A stretch of 64,000 nucleotides of DNA from Bacilli bacterium. Lineage in GTDB: Bacteria; Bacillota_I; Bacilli_A; RF39; UBA660. The DNA is taken from the NCBI GenBank assembly GCA_017934595.1, contig JAGBJG010000008.1:65687-129686 (forward strand), in the 5' to 3' direction. Position numbers and translations under genes: made by a program. The notes below the pieces were generated by a model, which searched no databases, was not told the origin of the DNA, and saw nothing but the letters and a program-made list of their open reading frames with translations. Shown piece after piece: positions 19,615-28,711 of this stretch; position 1 is the stretch's first letter; every line of letters starts with the position of its first letter.

Positions 19615-20553
19615 TTAATTCATTTCTTTTATTTTATCTCCTTGATAAATATTTCTCTTTTTCATTTCTTTATCTATATCATTTAAGACACAGAATTTCT
19701 TTACTAACCAATTAGGTTCGATTAAATCTTCTTTATTAGGATCTCCTGTAATTCTATTAATGACTATCTCAGGTCTTAAATATTCTAACTGGTTACATAC
19801 AATATCTATATATTCTTCTTTAGTTAAGATATGGAATGGATTTTCCATATACATTTTAGCTAATACTGTATCTTTAACTACACTTAACATATGTATTTTT
19901 ATACCTTGAATATCTAAGTTATTTAAATACTTTACTGTTTCAATCATCATATCTTTAGTTTCATAAGGTAAGCCATTTATGATATGTACTACAACATTGA
20001 TATTTCTTTTTCTTAAACTTATAACCATGTCATGAAATTCTTTTAAAGTATGACATCTATTGATTAAATTAGATGTACTTTCATGTATCGTTTGTAGACC
20101 TAACTCAACTGTTAAATATGTTTTTTTAGATAACTCTTCTAAATAATCTAAACATTCATCTGTTATAGCGTCAGCTCTTGTAGCTATATTTATACCAACT
20201 ACATTAGGTAAGTTTAATACAGCTTCATATTTTTCTTTTAATACTTCTACTTTAGCATAAGTATTAGTATTAGCTTGGAAATAAGCTATATATTTACTAT
20301 TAGGCCATTTTTTACTAATCATATTTTTTACTTCATTAAATTGTTTTACTAAATTATCTTTAGGATTTCCACCAAATTCACCGGAACCACCTTTGCAATA
20401 AATACATCCACCAATACCTTTAGTACCATCAATATTAGGGCAAGTAAATCCACCGTTTAATGATACTTTAAATACTTTAGAATTAAATTTATGTTTATAA
20501 AAATAATCTAGTGTATGATATCTTTTATTTGAATCACTATATAAAAAGGCCAT
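19615..20553 (-). CDS. TIGR01212-family radical SAM protein
   Basis: CPNIDGTKGIGGCIYC cysteine motif near the N-terminus; RBS GGTGAT. Confidence 0.75.
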   Translation of the reverse strand: MAFLYSDSNKRYHTLDYFYKHKFNSKVFKVSLNGGFTCPNIDGTKGIGGCIYCKGGSGEFGGNPKDNLVKQFNEVKNMISKKWPNSKYIAYFQANTNTYAKVEVLKEKYEAVLNLPNVVGINIATRADAITDECLDYLEELSKKTYLTVELGLQTIHESTSNLINRCHTLKEFHDMVISLRKRNINVVVHIINGLPYETKDMMIETVKYLNNLDIQGIKIHMLSVVKDTVLAKMYMENPFHILTKEEYIDIVCNQLEYLRPEIVINRITGDPNKEDLIEPNWLVKKFCVLNDIDKEMKKRNIYQGDKIKEMN

Positions 20554-20652
20554 AAAATCACCTAATTAATTATAACATATATGAAAAAAATGTGAAAAAA
20601 TATTTATTTTTATTATTTAAAAGTGTTATAATTAAAATGGAGGTTAGATAAT

Positions 20653-22044
20653 ATGAAGAAGAATAGTTTATTAAAAGCGATTCTAATTGCGTTTGGTATT
20701 GCTGTTATTCTAAGTTGGATTATTCCTGCTGGTGGATATAGTTCTGGTACATTTACTGCTGGTACTACTAATCCTGTAGGTATCATTAACTTATTTAGAT
20801 TACCAGTAATGACAATGCAAACATTCATTCAATACACTATTGTATTCTTAAGTATTGGTGCTTTATATGGCGTACTTAATAAAACTGGTGTATATGGTAA
20901 TATCGTTTCAGGTATTGCTAAAAAATGGAAAGGAAAAGAAAAAGCATTACTAGTAATTATTACTATTGCATTTGCGTTAATTGGTTCATTAACTGGATTA
21001 TCAGTATATGCATTCTTAATATTACCATTTGTAGCTGCTATCTTAATGATGGCTGGATTTGATAAATTTTCTAGTCTACTTGCTACAGTAGGTGCGTTAC
21101 TAGTAGGTGAAGCTGCATCAATTTTTGGATTCAGTGGAGCTGGATATATTATTAATGTATTTGGTCTTAAAATGACTGATGAAGTAATTACAAAAATAAT
21201 ATTATTTGTATTACTATTAGGTTTATACTTATTCTTTGTAATAAGAAAGAGTGTAGTAGGAAAGAAGAAAGAAGAAGAAATTCCATTCTTAGTAGTTGAA
21301 AAAGCTTCTAAGAAGAGTAAGATGCCATTAATCATTATATCTGTTGTATTCTTAATTATTTCATTAATTGGTATGTATAACTGGTATTATGGTTGGGGTG
21401 TAGAATTCTTCAATAACTTAGATACTAAGATTAGTTCTATTACTATTGGAACTTATCCAATTATGTCTAATATCTTAAATGGTGTATCTATTTTAGGATA
21501 TTGGGGTAACTATGAATTTGCAGTTGCTATCGTAATTGTAACATTCATTATTGCTTGGGTTTACAATGTTAAATTAGCTGATTTAGCTGAAGGCGCTAAA
21601 GATGGTATGAAAGAAATATTACCTGTTGCTATTTATGCAACTATCTGTAATATTATATTCACTGTTATGTTAGCTGATCAAAGTAATATGTATGCTACTA
21701 TTGTTAACTGGTTAAATGGTATTAAAGGTACATACAGTGTTCCAGTAGCATCATTAATTTCAGCATCAGGATCACTTTTCTATAATGATTTCTATTACTT
21801 ATTATATAATGCCGCTAATGTATTCAGTACATATGAAGCAGTATATTATCCAGTATTAGGAGTATTAACTACAGGTATCTTTGGTATCTTTATGATGGTA
21901 CTTCCTACAAGTGTTATGTTAGTAGCTGGATTAAAATACTTTAATGTTTCTTATACTGAATGGTTAAAGAAGATGTGGTTATATCTATTAGAAGCATTAG
22001 TAGTATTAATTATAGTAGTTATTGTAGTAACAATGATGATATAA
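20653..22044 (+). CDS. polytopic membrane transporter, YfcC-like family
   Basis: ~12 predicted TM helices; N-terminus resembles the YfcC (putative basic amino acid antiporter) family; RBS GGAGG. Confidence 0.5.
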   Translation: MKKNSLLKAILIAFGIAVILSWIIPAGGYSSGTFTAGTTNPVGIINLFRLPVMTMQTFIQYTIVFLSIGALYGVLNKTGVYGNIVSGIAKKWKGKEKALLVIITIAFALIGSLTGLSVYAFLILPFVAAILMMAGFDKFSSLLATVGALLVGEAASIFGFSGAGYIINVFGLKMTDEVITKIILFVLLLGLYLFFVIRKSVVGKKKEEEIPFLVVEKASKKSKMPLIIISVVFLIISLIGMYNWYYGWGVEFFNNLDTKISSITIGTYPIMSNILNGVSILGYWGNYEFAVAIVIVTFIIAWVYNVKLADLAEGAKDGMKEILPVAIYATICNIIFTVMLADQSNMYATIVNWLNGIKGTYSVPVASLISASGSLFYNDFYYLLYNAANVFSTYEAVYYPVLGVLTTGIFGIFMMVLPTSVMLVAGLKYFNVSYTEWLKKMWLYLLEALVVLIIVVIVVTMMI

Positions 22045-22094
22045 TAAATAATTAAAAAGGGATTAAATTAATCCCTTTTTGTGTGTATTTATGA
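22045..22094 (+). repeat. 50-bp direct repeat, copy 1 (contains terminator hairpin GGGATTAA-ATT-TTAATCCC plus T5)
   Basis: A near-identical copy lies at 22908-22958 (one extra A). Confidence 0.8.
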
Positions 22095-22126
22095 AAATGT
22101 GCATATAATATAAGTGAATATACTAT

Positions 22127-22155
22127 TTGACATTTATTATGTTTTATAGTATATT
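22127..22155 (+). promoter_or_regulatory. promoter TTGACA, 17-nt spacer, TATATT for the ToxI-like repeat RNA and toxin
   Basis: Perfect -35; followed by a small leader hairpin GCAUUU-GUG-AAAUGC at 22163-22177. Confidence 0.5.
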
Positions 22156-22183
22156 AAAGTTGCATTTGTGAAATGCAGTAGAT

Positions 22184-22296
22184 AAAAAAGCTGGTGATTC
22201 CCACCATAAGAGGAACCGAAAAAAGATAGTGATTCCGACTATGACAGGAACCGAAAAAAGATAGTGATTCCGACTATGACAGGAAACTAAAAAAGT
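22184..22296 (+). ncRNA. type III antitoxin-like RNA: 3.2 tandem 35-nt repeats starting AAAAAAG
   Basis: R1 22184-22218, R2 22219-22253, R3 22254-22288 (R2 and R3 differ at 2 positions; R1 is more divergent), then a partial 4th unit. Same architecture as ToxI/antiQ. Confidence 0.6.
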
Positions 22297-22330
22297 AACT
22301 AGAGAGCAAACTCTAGTTTTATTTTATATA
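22296..22330 (+). terminator. intrinsic terminator or attenuator between the repeat RNA and the toxin gene
   Basis: AACUAGAG-AGCAAA-CUCUAGUU hairpin followed by UUUUAUUUUAU. Confidence 0.6.
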
Positions 22331-22394
22331 TATTGCGAACAAATGTATTGTAAAAAGGAGTGCGTTATGTTAAAATAAATATAGAGGTGATAAT

Positions 22395-22894
22395 ATGAAC
22401 GGCTTTTTAATAGTCAAGGTAAATTCGAAGTATTGTGATTATTTAAGAAAATATGATAGTAAGGTTCCATATAATTCTGGATTAAAAGAATTAAGACCTT
22501 TTATTGGAGTGTTGTTTTATATTGATAATATGATGTATTTTGCGCCTCTATCAAGTCCTAAACCTAAACATCAACGATTGAGAGCTAAACCTGATTTGAT
22601 TAAAATTGATGATGGTAAACTTGGTGTAGTTAATCTAAATAATATGATCCCTGTTAAAGAAAATTTAATTGAATTAATAGATTTAGACAGAACTAGTGAT
22701 GATATATCAGAAAAACAATATATTAAATTATTAAAAAACAATTAAATTGGTTGAATCGTAATAAGGTAAAGATTAAAGAAAAATCTATTTCGTTATATGA
22801 TAAATATATTACTGGTAGATTAAATGTCTATGTAAAAGAAAGATGTTGTGATTTTAAATTACTTGAAGAAAAATGTATGAAATATAAGTTATAA
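22395..22894 (+). pseudogene. ToxN/AbiQ-family type III toxin (endoribonuclease), disrupted by a frameshift in an A6 run at 22733-22738
   Basis: The N-terminus SKYCDYLRKYDSKVP...FIGVLFYIDNMMYFAPLSSPK matches my recollection of ToxN. Frame 0 stops at 22745. The +1 frame continues for 51 aa to TAA at 22892-22894 and matches the ToxN C-terminus (CDFKLLEEK), restoring ~167 aa. Confidence 0.65.
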
Positions 22895-22907
22895 GGATGT
22901 ATAATAT

Positions 22908-22958
22908 TAAATAATTAAAAAAGGGATTAAATTAATCCCTTTTTGTGTGTATTTATGA
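22908..22958 (+). repeat. direct repeat, copy 2 (51 bp) with the terminator hairpin
   Basis: Identical to 22045-22094 except for one extra A. Confidence 0.8.
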
Positions 22959-22996
22959 TATAATATATAGGTATTAGTTTAAAGGAGGGAATCCCT

Positions 22997-23299
22997 ATGT
23001 TATCTAAAAATGAAGTAGATCATGTAGCTGATTTAGCTAGATTACATGTTGACGAAGCTGAATATGAGTTATATGAAAAACAATTATATGATATATTATC
23101 AGAAATTAAAAAAATAGAAGATGTTGATGTTGAGGGAGAAACTGAAATTATGATATCTCCATCAACAAATAAAAATACATATTCAAATGATTCAATTGGA
23201 CCAATGCTTTCAACAAGTGATGTATTAAAAAACGCTAAACATACTAATGGTGATTTTATTGTTGTGCCTAGAGTAGTTGCTGATTCTGAGGAGATATAA
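22997..23299 (+). CDS. gatC: Asp/Glu-tRNA amidotransferase subunit C
   Basis: Typical GatC N-terminus VDHVADLARLHVDEAE; first gene of gatCAB. Confidence 0.85.
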   Translation: MLSKNEVDHVADLARLHVDEAEYELYEKQLYDILSEIKKIEDVDVEGETEIMISPSTNKNTYSNDSIGPMLSTSDVLKNAKHTNGDFIVVPRVVADSEEI

Positions 23300-23300
23300 T

Positions 23301-24746
23301 ATGACAAAGTATTTAGATTTAAGCATTAAAGAAATTAATGAATTATTAAAAGATAAAAAGATTAAACCAATAGATTTAGTAAACGAAGCATTTGAAAGAA
23401 TTGAAGCAAGTGATTTAAACGCTTTTATAACTTTAAACAAAGAAGAAGCTATAAAAGAAGCATTAGAATTAGAAAATAAAGAAATAGATAATATATTATT
23501 TGGAATCCCTGTTGCTATAAAAGATAACATTGTAACTAAAGGGTTAAGAACTACAGCTGCCTCACATATATTAGATGATTTCAATCCTATATATGATGCG
23601 GAAGTTATAAAAAAAATAAAAGATAAACATATGATAATTGTTGGTAAAACTAACATGGATGAATTTGCCATGGGATCAACTGGTGAGACTAGTTATTTTG
23701 GTAACACTTTAAATCCATGGGACAAAAAAATGGTTCCAGGTGGTTCTTCATCTGGTTCAGCCGCATCAGTAGGAGCTAGATTAGTTCCAATAGCTTTAGG
23801 TACTGATACAGGCGGAAGTATCCGTCAACCTTCAAGTTTCTGTGGCGTAGTAGGTTTAAAACCAACATATGGTAGAGTATCAAGATACGGTCTTATTGCT
23901 TTCGCATCTTCTCTAGATCAAATTGGACCAATCACTAGAAATGTATATGAAAACGCATTAATGTTAAATGTAATTGCAGGTCAAGATGATAAAGATATGA
24001 CTTCTAGTTATGAAGAAGTAAAAGACTATACTTGTTTAATAGGTGAAGATGTTAAAGGTATGAAGATAGCTATACCTAAATTTTATATGAGTGAAACTAT
24101 TGATAAAGAAGTAAGAGATAAAGTAGAAAATGTTACAAAAATATTAAAAGATAAAGGATGTACTGTAGATTATGTAGATATGAAATATGTTTCATCCGCG
24201 ATTCCTTTATATCAAGTAATTGCTTTAGGTGAAGCGAGCTCTAACCTAGCTAGATATGATGGTGTTAGATATGGATATGTAACTAAAGATTTTAAAGATA
24301 TCAATGAATTATATAAAATGACAAGATATGAAGGCTTTGGTAGAGAAGTAAAAAGAAGATTAATGATAGGTTCATATATCTTAAGCGGTAAAAACGCGGA
24401 TAAATATTATAGAAAAGCATTAATTGTAAGGAAAAAATTAACAGATGAATTTAAAAGTATATTATCTAAATATGATTTAATTATTGGACCTACAAATACT
24501 AATGTAGCTTATCCTATAGGTACTAAATTAGATGATGCCTTAAAAAGTTTCTACGATGATTTACTTACTATACCTGTTAATATGGCAGGTCTACCAGCTA
24601 TGTCTCTTCCAATAGGATTTAAAAATGGCCTACCTGTAGGTATGCATATTATAGGTAATTATTTTAGTGAAGAAGAAATATATAAATTAGGAAGTTTTGT
24701 TGAAAAAGAATTAAACTTAAACTTAGATCCAAGAGGTGATAAGTAA
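23301..24746 (+). CDS. gatA: Asp/Glu-tRNA amidotransferase subunit A (amidase signature)
   Basis: Amidase signature GGSSSGSAASV, GTDTGGSIRQP; RBS GAGGAG. Confidence 0.9.
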   Translation: MTKYLDLSIKEINELLKDKKIKPIDLVNEAFERIEASDLNAFITLNKEEAIKEALELENKEIDNILFGIPVAIKDNIVTKGLRTTAASHILDDFNPIYDAEVIKKIKDKHMIIVGKTNMDEFAMGSTGETSYFGNTLNPWDKKMVPGGSSSGSAASVGARLVPIALGTDTGGSIRQPSSFCGVVGLKPTYGRVSRYGLIAFASSLDQIGPITRNVYENALMLNVIAGQDDKDMTSSYEEVKDYTCLIGEDVKGMKIAIPKFYMSETIDKEVRDKVENVTKILKDKGCTVDYVDMKYVSSAIPLYQVIALGEASSNLARYDGVRYGYVTKDFKDINELYKMTRYEGFGREVKRRLMIGSYILSGKNADKYYRKALIVRKKLTDEFKSILSKYDLIIGPTNTNVAYPIGTKLDDALKSFYDDLLTIPVNMAGLPAMSLPIGFKNGLPVGMHIIGNYFSEEEIYKLGSFVEKELNLNLDPRGDK

Positions 24747-26152
24747 TGTACGAAGTAGTAGTAGGAATAGAAGTACACGTTGAATTAAAAAGTAATTCAA
24801 AAGTGTTTTCACATAGTCAAAATGAATATTCTAATGAACCAAATATCTATGTAAATGAAATAGATTTAGGTATGCCTGGAGTACTTCCAGTATTAAATAA
24901 AAAAGTAATTGAAATGGCTTTACAAGCCTCTTTAGCCTTGAACTGTAAAATAAACAAAGTAATGCACTTCGATAGAAAAAATTATTTCTATCCAGACTTA
25001 CCAAAAGGATATCAAATAACAGAGCAAGATACACCAATTGGATATGATGGATATATTGATATTGGTGATAAGAAAATAGGTATTGAAAGATTACATATCG
25101 AAGAAGATACATGTAAAAGTATTCATGGTAAAACTGGTACTATGTTAAATGCCAACAGAGCTGGTGTACCATTAATTGAAATAGTATCTAAACCAGATAT
25201 GAGAAGTCCAGAAGATGCAGTCGCATATTTAACTAAATTAAGAGAAATATTATTATATTTAGGTATCAGTGATGTAAAAATTGAAGAAGGTTCAATGAGA
25301 TGTGACTGTAATGTATCACTACATAAACCTGGAACACCATTTGGTACTAAAATAGAAATTAAAAATATTGGTTCTATCAATAACGTTGGTGAAGCTATTA
25401 AATATGAAATAAAAAGACAAAGTGAAATCCTTGATAGAGAAGGTTTCATTAAACATGAGGAGACTAGAAGACTTGACGACAAGACAATGACAACTATACT
25501 TATGCGTGTAAAGGAAACTGGTAATGATTATAGATATTTTCCTGAACCAGATATTCCTTATGTAGAAATTAGTGATGATTGGATTAATGAAGTAAAAGCT
25601 AATATGCCAGTATTCGCTGATGAATTAAAAGAAAAATATGAAGCATTAGGTATTAATTCTAATAATCTTAAGACTATTATTAGTAGATTAGATTTAGTAG
25701 AATTTTTAGAATCTGTTATTGATTCATGTGATCCTATAATCGCATCTAATTTACTTACAGGAGATATCTTAAGTTATTTAAATAAAAATTATGTATCTAT
25801 TAATAAAATTAAATTAAATAGTGATAACTTTGTAGAACTTGTTAATAATATTAAAGAAGATAAAGTATCTAGTAAGCAAGCTAAGGAAATCATTCCTTAT
25901 CTATGTGAAAATGGTGGTACTTTAGCTGATGCTATATCAAAACTTGGTATAGAAGAAATTAATGATATTAGTGCTATAAAAGATATTATTAAAAAAGTAT
26001 TAGATAGTAATCCAGAATCTATCAAAGACTTTAAAGAAGGAAAAGATAGAGCTATAAAATACCTTATGGGTCAAGTTATGAAAGAGTCAAAGGGTAAGGT
26101 AAATCCAAAGACAGCTAATGATCTTTTAATGTCTTTAATTCGTGAATACTAA
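24746..26152 (+). CDS. gatB: Asp/Glu-tRNA amidotransferase subunit B
   Basis: GatB N-terminal cradle domain and the YqeY-like C-terminus. Confidence 0.9.
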   Translation: MYEVVVGIEVHVELKSNSKVFSHSQNEYSNEPNIYVNEIDLGMPGVLPVLNKKVIEMALQASLALNCKINKVMHFDRKNYFYPDLPKGYQITEQDTPIGYDGYIDIGDKKIGIERLHIEEDTCKSIHGKTGTMLNANRAGVPLIEIVSKPDMRSPEDAVAYLTKLREILLYLGISDVKIEEGSMRCDCNVSLHKPGTPFGTKIEIKNIGSINNVGEAIKYEIKRQSEILDREGFIKHEETRRLDDKTMTTILMRVKETGNDYRYFPEPDIPYVEISDDWINEVKANMPVFADELKEKYEALGINSNNLKTIISRLDLVEFLESVIDSCDPIIASNLLTGDILSYLNKNYVSINKIKLNSDNFVELVNNIKEDKVSSKQAKEIIPYLCENGGTLADAISKLGIEEINDISAIKDIIKKVLDSNPESIKDFKEGKDRAIKYLMGQVMKESKGKVNPKTANDLLMSLIREY

Positions 26153-26203
26153 ATTGTAAATTGAAGACATTTATAGTATAATTAAAATAGAGGTGGAATT
26201 GAT

Positions 26204-26659
26204 ATGGAATTTATAAAAAAGAATAAGAAGATGGTAATAATAATCGCAGTTGCTTTAGTAATAATAATTTTACTTTTTGGTATCATTAAATCTTTAATGC
26301 CAGATACAAGAAAGAGTGTATGGGGTACTAGGACTGTTGATGTTTCTAAACATCCAATAAGTGATGAGGAAATAAGCGCTGTTAAAGAATTCTATGAGAG
26401 TAACGAAAATGTAGTTAATATTACATATCGTTTAAGTGGTAGAAAGATGATCTTCATTATAACTGTAAAAGAAAAAACAGCTAAAAGTGTAGTGGAAGAA
26501 TTATCAGGAAAAATGTTAGAAAAATTAAGTGATGATGTAAAGGGATTCTATGACATTGAACTTTCATATGTATGTGAAGATAGTGAAAATGCTGAATATC
26601 CAATTATGGCTTATAGAAATAAAACAAGACATAACTTTAGATTCACTTATGCGGGGTAA
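26204..26659 (+). CDS. hypothetical membrane-anchored protein
   Basis: N-terminal TM; RBS AGAGGTGGA. Confidence 0.45.
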   Translation: MEFIKKNKKMVIIIAVALVIIILLFGIIKSLMPDTRKSVWGTRTVDVSKHPISDEEISAVKEFYESNENVVNITYRLSGRKMIFIITVKEKTAKSVVEELSGKMLEKLSDDVKGFYDIELSYVCEDSENAEYPIMAYRNKTRHNFRFTYAG

Positions 26660-26662
26660 TAT

Positions 26663-28693
26663 ATGAAGAAAAAAGTAGTAATAATAATTATATCTCTTGT
26701 AGTTGTTCTTGCTATATTAGGTGGTTTCTTATATTTCACAAGTGAAGATAAGATCACATCATTAAACGCTATTGAAAAGAAGTGGATCGATAGTAATAAA
26801 AAAACATTACAAGATATATCAATATATACTGATATTCCAGTATTTAGTTACAATAGTGAAGGTATAATATTTGATTATTTAAACAACTTAGAAAATTCAA
26901 CAGGATTAGAGTTTAATAAAGTTCCATATAAAATTGGTGACACAATTAAAACTGATTATGCTTTTGAGCAAAAAGATACTTTAGATAATGATGATATTCT
27001 TATGTATACTGATAACTATGTATTAGTAACTAAAACAAATAAAGTATATAATAACCCGAGCGAAATGAAAAATTTCACTGTGGGTATATTAAATGATACA
27101 TTAGATAAAGTAAATGGATATTTATTAGGAGCTGATGTATCATATAAAACATTCAATGATTATAATGCGATGATGCAATCTTTAGGTGTAGATGTTGATT
27201 CTGTTGTTATACCTAGAATTAGATTTTTAGCTAATGTAGTTGATAATGATTCATTAAATATTAGTTATAATATTACAGAATATAAAATATATTATGTATT
27301 AAATTTAGGAAGTAATAACACTTTAAATAATATATTAACTAAGTATTACAAAAAGTGGAGTAATGATAACTATGATAAATCATTCAATACTAATTTATTA
27401 AATAGTTATTTTGCTGTATCTGAAGATGCTTCTAAGAATATAGCTAGACTTAGAAGTAAAAGATATATATATGGATTTGTAAATAATGCTCCATATGATA
27501 TTTTAAGTGATGGAGAATTAGTTGGTATAAATAATGAAATAATTTCTAATTTTTCAAAAGTATCAGGTATTACTATTGAATATAAAGAGTTTAATAATGT
27601 TGATAGTTTAGTTGAAGCTTTTAATTCAAATAAAATTGATTTCTATTTTGATAGTAGTAAGGAATATACTTATGATTTAGATATTAATAAATCCGTATCA
27701 CCTTTTAGTGAATCAATAGTTATATTAACATCCAATAAAAGCAATATAATTGTTAATTCAATTAATTCATTAAGTGATACAAAGGTAGGCGTACTTAAAA
27801 ATAGTAAAATATCTAATTATTTAACAGAACACAATATTCCGGTTAAAGAATATGATAGTGTTAAAAAGTTAATGAATGATAAAAAAGTATCTGTTAAGGC
27901 AATCGATAATTATAATTATGAATATTACATAAATAAAGGAATTAAGAATTATCGTAAGAATTATGAAGTAACATTCTCTGGTGATTATACATATGTATTT
28001 AGAAGCATAACTGATAATAAAGATTTTTATAATTTCTTTAATTTCTATTTAACATTTGTAGGCACTAAGTCACTTATAAATACAGGTATAAATGCTGCTA
28101 TTAATAATACAATGATATTTGTAACATTGAGATATGTTGCGTATGTATTAGGAGCTTTATTAATAGCTTCACTAATCGCATTAGTAGTATATAAAATAAA
28201 ACATAGACAAGCTAAAAAATCTAATTTGACTAAAGAAGAAAAATTAAAATACATTGATATGTTAACTTCTTTAAAAAATAGAAATTATTTAAATGATAAT
28301 ATTGAACTTTGGGATAATTCAGAAGTATATCCACAAAGTATAGTTATGGTTGATTTAAATAACTTAGCTTATATAAATGATAACTATGGTCATGCTGAAG
28401 GCGATGAAGTAATTAAAGAAGCAGCTAATATCCTTATTAGAACACAAATACCTAATAGTGAAATAATAAGAACTAATGGTAATGAATTCTTAATATATTT
28501 AGTTTCATATGATGAAAAACAAGTTATAGCATATATAAGAAAAATAGCAAAAGAATTAAAAGATGTAGCTCATGGATTTGGATCTGCAATTGGTTATAGT
28601 ATGATAACTGATGCTATTAAAACAATTGATGATGCAATTAATGAAGCAACACTTGATATGAAAAATAATAAGGAGGAATTAAGCAAAGATTAG
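26663..28693 (+). CDS. membrane protein with periplasmic solute-binding-like domains and a C-terminal GGDEF-like domain whose motif is degenerate (NGNEF)
   Basis: TM at ~470-500; GGDEF-domain flanking motifs (DLNNLAYINDNYGH, RTNGNEF). Confidence 0.65.
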   Translation: MKKKVVIIIISLVVVLAILGGFLYFTSEDKITSLNAIEKKWIDSNKKTLQDISIYTDIPVFSYNSEGIIFDYLNNLENSTGLEFNKVPYKIGDTIKTDYAFEQKDTLDNDDILMYTDNYVLVTKTNKVYNNPSEMKNFTVGILNDTLDKVNGYLLGADVSYKTFNDYNAMMQSLGVDVDSVVIPRIRFLANVVDNDSLNISYNITEYKIYYVLNLGSNNTLNNILTKYYKKWSNDNYDKSFNTNLLNSYFAVSEDASKNIARLRSKRYIYGFVNNAPYDILSDGELVGINNEIISNFSKVSGITIEYKEFNNVDSLVEAFNSNKIDFYFDSSKEYTYDLDINKSVSPFSESIVILTSNKSNIIVNSINSLSDTKVGVLKNSKISNYLTEHNIPVKEYDSVKKLMNDKKVSVKAIDNYNYEYYINKGIKNYRKNYEVTFSGDYTYVFRSITDNKDFYNFFNFYLTFVGTKSLINTGINAAINNTMIFVTLRYVAYVLGALLIASLIALVVYKIKHRQAKKSNLTKEEKLKYIDMLTSLKNRNYLNDNIELWDNSEVYPQSIVMVDLNNLAYINDNYGHAEGDEVIKEAANILIRTQIPNSEIIRTNGNEFLIYLVSYDEKQVIAYIRKIAKELKDVAHGFGSAIGYSMITDAIKTIDDAINEATLDMKNNKEELSKD

Positions 28694-28711
28694 TCTTTGC
28701 TTTCTTACGTT

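Noticed and set aside
19453-19686. 77-aa plus-strand ORF
   Set aside because: It overlaps the minus-strand toxin-like ORF, its RBS and its promoter. It has no SD and a low-complexity product. The minus-strand 27-aa ORF with AAGGAGG is preferred.
20613-21335. Two minus-strand ORFs (71 and 168 aa)
   Set aside because: Antisense within the polytopic transporter gene. Spurious.
22184-22296. Tandem 35-nt repeats could be taken for a CRISPR array
   Set aside because: The units are directly contiguous with no spacers, there are only about 3.2 copies, and they sit between a promoter and a terminator upstream of a ToxN-like gene. This fits a type III antitoxin RNA, not CRISPR.
22980-23000. T-box or riboswitch leaders upstream of gatCAB, miaB, tgt and the cysteine desulfurase operon
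   Set aside because: The leaders are short (under 60 nt), and there is no T-box specifier/antiterminator or known riboswitch core motif.
23020-25482. Four minus-strand ORFs inside gatC, gatA and gatB
   Set aside because: Antisense to highly conserved housekeeping genes, with no RBS.
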